DNA of 64,000 bases, taken from positions 544,001-608,000 of the forward strand of contig CBDDTI010000747.1 of assembly GCA_965233585.1 (NCBI GenBank), in the 5' to 3' direction. Position numbers and translations under genes: made by a program. Of this stretch, positions 60,120 through 64,000 are shown piece after piece (position 1 is the first letter of the stretch; every line of letters starts with the position of its first letter). The notes below the pieces were generated by a model. The model saw only the letters and a list, made by a program, of their open reading frames with translations. It did not search any database and was not told the origin of the DNA. Source of the stretch: a bacterium (lineage in GTDB: Bacteria; SAR324; NAC60-12).

Positions 60120-60533
60120 CTATTTGGTTAATTTTTGAATTGCATCAACAATACTTTTTGTATTCCAACGAACGATTTCATCAGCATTGTCTTTGACATG
60201 TTGTGAAGTTCTTTCACTAGCCCATGGTTCTATTGCGACAATAGGTTTTTGCCATGTCTCACTTTTTTTAGCAACTTCTACTTCAATATTGATCCATTTA
60301 CTATAAGTGGAATAAACTCCTGCTAAAACTAAGACGACATGACAATTTCTTATTTTTTCTGTAATGGCTTCTCGTAATTCTTTGTTAGTACCATCGGTAT
60401 GAATAGGATTATCTTTCGGCACAGAAAAATTGTTATACTCAAAGCCATCTGCTTGATCCAACAAATTTACTAGATGATCATATTGTTGCTTATATGTCCA
60501 TGAATGACTAATAAATAAATTGTAAATTTTCAT
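60120..60533 (-). CDS. TIR-like domain protein (MTH538/DUF1863, Thoeris ThsB-like)
   Basis: LFISHSW, S-x-WINIE with putative catalytic Glu, KPIVAI, WNTKSIVDAI; SD AAGGA. Confidence 0.9.
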   Translation of the reverse strand: MKIYNLFISHSWTYKQQYDHLVNLLDQADGFEYNNFSVPKDNPIHTDGTNKELREAITEKIRNCHVVLVLAGVYSTYSKWINIEVEVAKKSETWQKPIVAIEPWASERTSQHVKDNADEIVRWNTKSIVDAIQKLTK

Positions 60534-60555
60534 ATTTATTCCTTATTTTAAGTTA

Positions 60556-61177
<622 letters not shown>

Positions 61178-61187
61178 AGTTTGTCCC

Positions 61188-62252
61188 TTATTTTAGTTGG
61201 GCACTCATTTTCTTTTCCCAATCCTTCACATTTTTCCAACTTCTTTTGAACCATTCAGATGTTAAGTAGTAGTCTTCACCTAAAAAACGATAAATCTTTT
61301 TATAATAACGAGGCAATTTTATCTCTCCGCCTTCTATCTTTCTTCTCAATACAGGATAATTGATATTAAAAACTTTTTTTGAATAATCTTTATCCAACAA
61401 ATTTTGAATTTCTTGTGATGTTAAATTTTTTTGAGTTTCTAGTTTTTCAAATAATTTTTGAACATATTTACCAATTTTCATTCCATCTTCAGTTGGCTGT
61501 TGTGGCACGAGTTTACAGTCAATAGCCTGATTTTGATTAGGTTTAGGAGATGTTGATGCTTCCCAACTTTTGATAGTACTTTGACATGTTTCTTGTTCGT
61601 CTTGACAGATCAATTTGACTTCTAATTCTCCAAACACCTCATCAATCACTTCAGGAGCATATTGATCTTGTAAAGAATTTTTAATCAATCTTGTTACAGA
61701 ATCTAAAAAACTTGTATCTTGAATGTGTTCTCTCAAATCTTGTTTTGCTTTTTGTCCTTGTACAAATTTTTCTAACTTATCAAAGCTAAAGCGAGATTTG
61801 TCAAATAACTCCACAAAACAATCTCCCTTTTTTGACTTTGTATTTAATGGGATTATCTCAATTAAAGTAGGCTCTTGGGATTGTTTTAATTTCCCATCAT
61901 AAAAAATCTGTATCTCACTTCCTATCAATAGTCCATAATCAAGTTTGAGCTGTCTCATGTATGAAAAAAGTTGTCCGTGATGTTGAGAGTTAATGTGAAT
62001 GCTTGGTCTTTTCACTTCAACAACAAACACAGGTTTTGAATCATCTGTTTTAAATAATAAATCAGGTTCAATTCTATTTTGAGAACCCACTCTAAGTGTG
62101 CGTCTCCTTTCAATATTTTTTAAATATTCTTTCCAACCTAATTCTCCGAATGCTTGAACAATTTTATCTTCAAATTGTTTTTCGTCAGTATTTTGATTGA
62201 TCCCTTGTAAAAGGTAAAAGTGAAATGCCGACCATTTGTTGTTGTTTTCCAT
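61188..62252 (-). CDS. Stand-alone HsdR N-terminal-like PD-(D/E)XK nuclease domain protein
   Basis: EPDLLF...VVEVKRP...QLFSYM...YGLLIG; no helicase motifs. Confidence 0.75.
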   Translation of the reverse strand: MENNNKWSAFHFYLLQGINQNTDEKQFEDKIVQAFGELGWKEYLKNIERRRTLRVGSQNRIEPDLLFKTDDSKPVFVVEVKRPSIHINSQHHGQLFSYMRQLKLDYGLLIGSEIQIFYDGKLKQSQEPTLIEIIPLNTKSKKGDCFVELFDKSRFSFDKLEKFVQGQKAKQDLREHIQDTSFLDSVTRLIKNSLQDQYAPEVIDEVFGELEVKLICQDEQETCQSTIKSWEASTSPKPNQNQAIDCKLVPQQPTEDGMKIGKYVQKLFEKLETQKNLTSQEIQNLLDKDYSKKVFNINYPVLRRKIEGGEIKLPRYYKKIYRFLGEDYYLTSEWFKRSWKNVKDWEKKMSAQLK

Positions 62253-62563
62253 AGCTACTTCTTAACGATTGGATAAAATTTGGAAGTCTAACCTACTGAA
62301 AAACTTTGGTCAAGACTTCTTGAATTTGAGAAGTAAAAAACCATTTTGACTAACCTAAAATTGACATTAAGGTTTTTAGTCAGCTTAGACAATTCTGCTT
62401 AATACAAAAGACTGAGCAGCCACATTGAAAAGTCAGGAATGAATGTCACCAACAAAAGTGTGATAAATAAGGGGATTAAAAATTTAATTTTAACAGCAAA
62501 AAAGAGTTAGGAAGGTTACTATTTGAGGTAAGGATTACAAAAATCTCTTGGGCTAAAGACGTG

Positions 62564-63532
62564 TTATTTGCAAAGATTCATGGTGGGGAGGTCGTGTTCT
62601 GTCTGGATTTTTATGCCTTCTTTCTCAAAATTAACAGAAACGTGTCCATGAAGTCCCGAGACATAGTTAGGAACTTTCCTTGATTCAAAATAAGTGCGTG
62701 GACGTTGACTTCGTTCAGCACAAAATAAACCTTTATGAGTAGAAGTCAAGGCGTATCTAGGATTCACTTTGTCAAAAAAAGAGTTGGGAGCTAAGCCTTC
62801 TGTGCCATGGTGAGGGACTTGGAGAATATCTGACTGTAAGTCTTTTCCGTGTTCTGCTAAAAATTTTCCATTAAAACGGTTTAAATCTCCTGTCAATAAT
62901 AGTTTTTTTTCATTCTTCTCTACTTTCATAATCAATGACATGTCATTGATGTCTAATTTTTCTGGAACATCAACCATGATGGGATCGTATTCTTTGAAGG
63001 CGTAGAGTAACCTAATCGCGACTTCTCCAAACTGGAAAGTTCTGGGCTCCCAAATCTCCAATACTTCTCCACCACTTTGTCGCAACATGTCTCTTGTCTG
63101 CAAGATGTGTTGATAATCACAACCCCATGGGATTTCTTTGCTACATTGTTCTTGGTCAGGTAAATTGAAGTAGGTGGTTTGAATTTTTATTCCGTGTTTC
63201 AGAAGGTCTGGAATGGAGCCGTAATGGTCTTTATGCGGGTGAGATACAAACAACAAATCAATCTTTTTGATTTGGTATTGGTCTAAAAATTCTAACAAAT
63301 TTGGGGCTTCAGAAGGGTAACCTGTGTCAATCAAAATAATTTTTTCTTCAGGTTCTTTGGCATAAACCAAAAACGCATCTGATTGTATTCCATGATTGAC
63401 ATTGATCATTGTAAAATCTGCTAAATCTTTTCTTGGATTTGTCAAAGAATTGAATCTCAAAGAATTTTGATTCCCACAAGCAAGATTTAAAAATAATATA
63501 AAAAACATGACGATAAGCAAACGATAGTGCAT
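62564..63532 (-). CDS. ComEC/Rec2-like metallo-beta-lactamase fold lipoprotein
   Basis: LIDTG, SHPHKDHYG, NDMSL, LLTGD, VPHHG; LAC lipobox-like. Confidence 0.85.
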   Translation of the reverse strand: MHYRLLIVMFFILFLNLACGNQNSLRFNSLTNPRKDLADFTMINVNHGIQSDAFLVYAKEPEEKIILIDTGYPSEAPNLLEFLDQYQIKKIDLLFVSHPHKDHYGSIPDLLKHGIKIQTTYFNLPDQEQCSKEIPWGCDYQHILQTRDMLRQSGGEVLEIWEPRTFQFGEVAIRLLYAFKEYDPIMVDVPEKLDINDMSLIMKVEKNEKKLLLTGDLNRFNGKFLAEHGKDLQSDILQVPHHGTEGLAPNSFFDKVNPRYALTSTHKGLFCAERSQRPRTYFESRKVPNYVSGLHGHVSVNFEKEGIKIQTEHDLPTMNLCK

Positions 63533-63577
63533 CTGTCAAATACCGAGAAAAGTTGGGAACATAAGAAAAAAATTTTT

Positions 63578-64000
63578 CTAAACCAAGAGAATATAATTTG
63601 TATCAATAGGCAATGTCAACGTGATTTGACAAAACTGCCCTGTTTTTGAGTCAACTTGAATCTGCCCAGAACAAGCCTCCATTTCTTTTTGAACAGCACC
63701 CATGCCCATTCCCCTTCCTGAAATAATGGAAATCTCATTTTTTGTAGAAACGCCGCTTGCGAAAATTAGCTTGGTTGACACGTCTTGGTCGTTCCTCAAG
63801 GCTGATATTTCATCTTGTGAGAAGTGATTTTGCTGAATGGCTTTTGCTATCAGTGATTCTGAATCAATTCCTCTGCCATCGTCCTTTAGGTAAAGTTTGA
63901 GTAAATTGCCATCTTGTACCACTTGGAGAGTCACGGTCGCTGTTGCTTTTTTTTGAAGTTTTTGACGTTCAGAGGCTGATTCAATGCCATGATCCAAAGC
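63578..64000 (-). CDS. CheA-type histidine kinase ATPase domain, 3' end (gene starts beyond the window)
   Basis: DHGIE, DDGRGID, IFASGVST, SGRGMGM; ends without a CheW domain. Confidence 0.8.
   Translation of the reverse strand, partial: ALDHGIESASERQKLQKKATATVTLQVVQDGNLLKLYLKDDGRGIDSESLIAKAIQQNHFSQDEISALRNDQDVSTKLIFASGVSTKNEISIISGRGMGMGAVQKEMEACSGQIQVDSKTGQFCQITLTLPIDTNYILLV

Overview
Chromosomal segment of a flagellated Gram-negative bacterium (lptF/G, lnt, flhB, cheA, wzm/wzt). The combination of hrcA/CIRCE-grpE-dnaK-dnaJ with cdaA-cdaR suggests a deltaproteobacterium-like or SAR324-like lineage (inference). Most of the window is housekeeping, interrupted by four accessory blocks. (1) A GC-richer two-gene unit just downstream of tRNA-Cys/tRNA-Leu (about 8.1-11.2 kb). 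It encodes a cytoplasmic LRR protein with 16 identical 42-bp framework blocks separated by combinatorially varied 21-bp segments. This gene is translationally coupled to a DEDD-exonuclease/coiled-coil/J-domain fusion and is the best candidate for an undescribed system. (2) A BglII/BstYI-family type II R-M pair (17.6-19.1 kb); core genes also appear depleted in GATC. (3) A single-chain type IIG R-M-S enzyme upstream of flhB (41.9-45.7 kb). (4) A hotspot at 58.9-62.3 kb where a ThsB-like TIR gene plus a 3-TM membrane gene sit inside a decayed deoxy-sugar catabolic operon. The TM gene is split by a complete IS1-family element with inverted repeats, an 8-bp target duplication and a frameshift motif. 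A stand-alone HsdR_N nuclease lies next to this block. All calls are from motif recognition by eye; no database searches were run.
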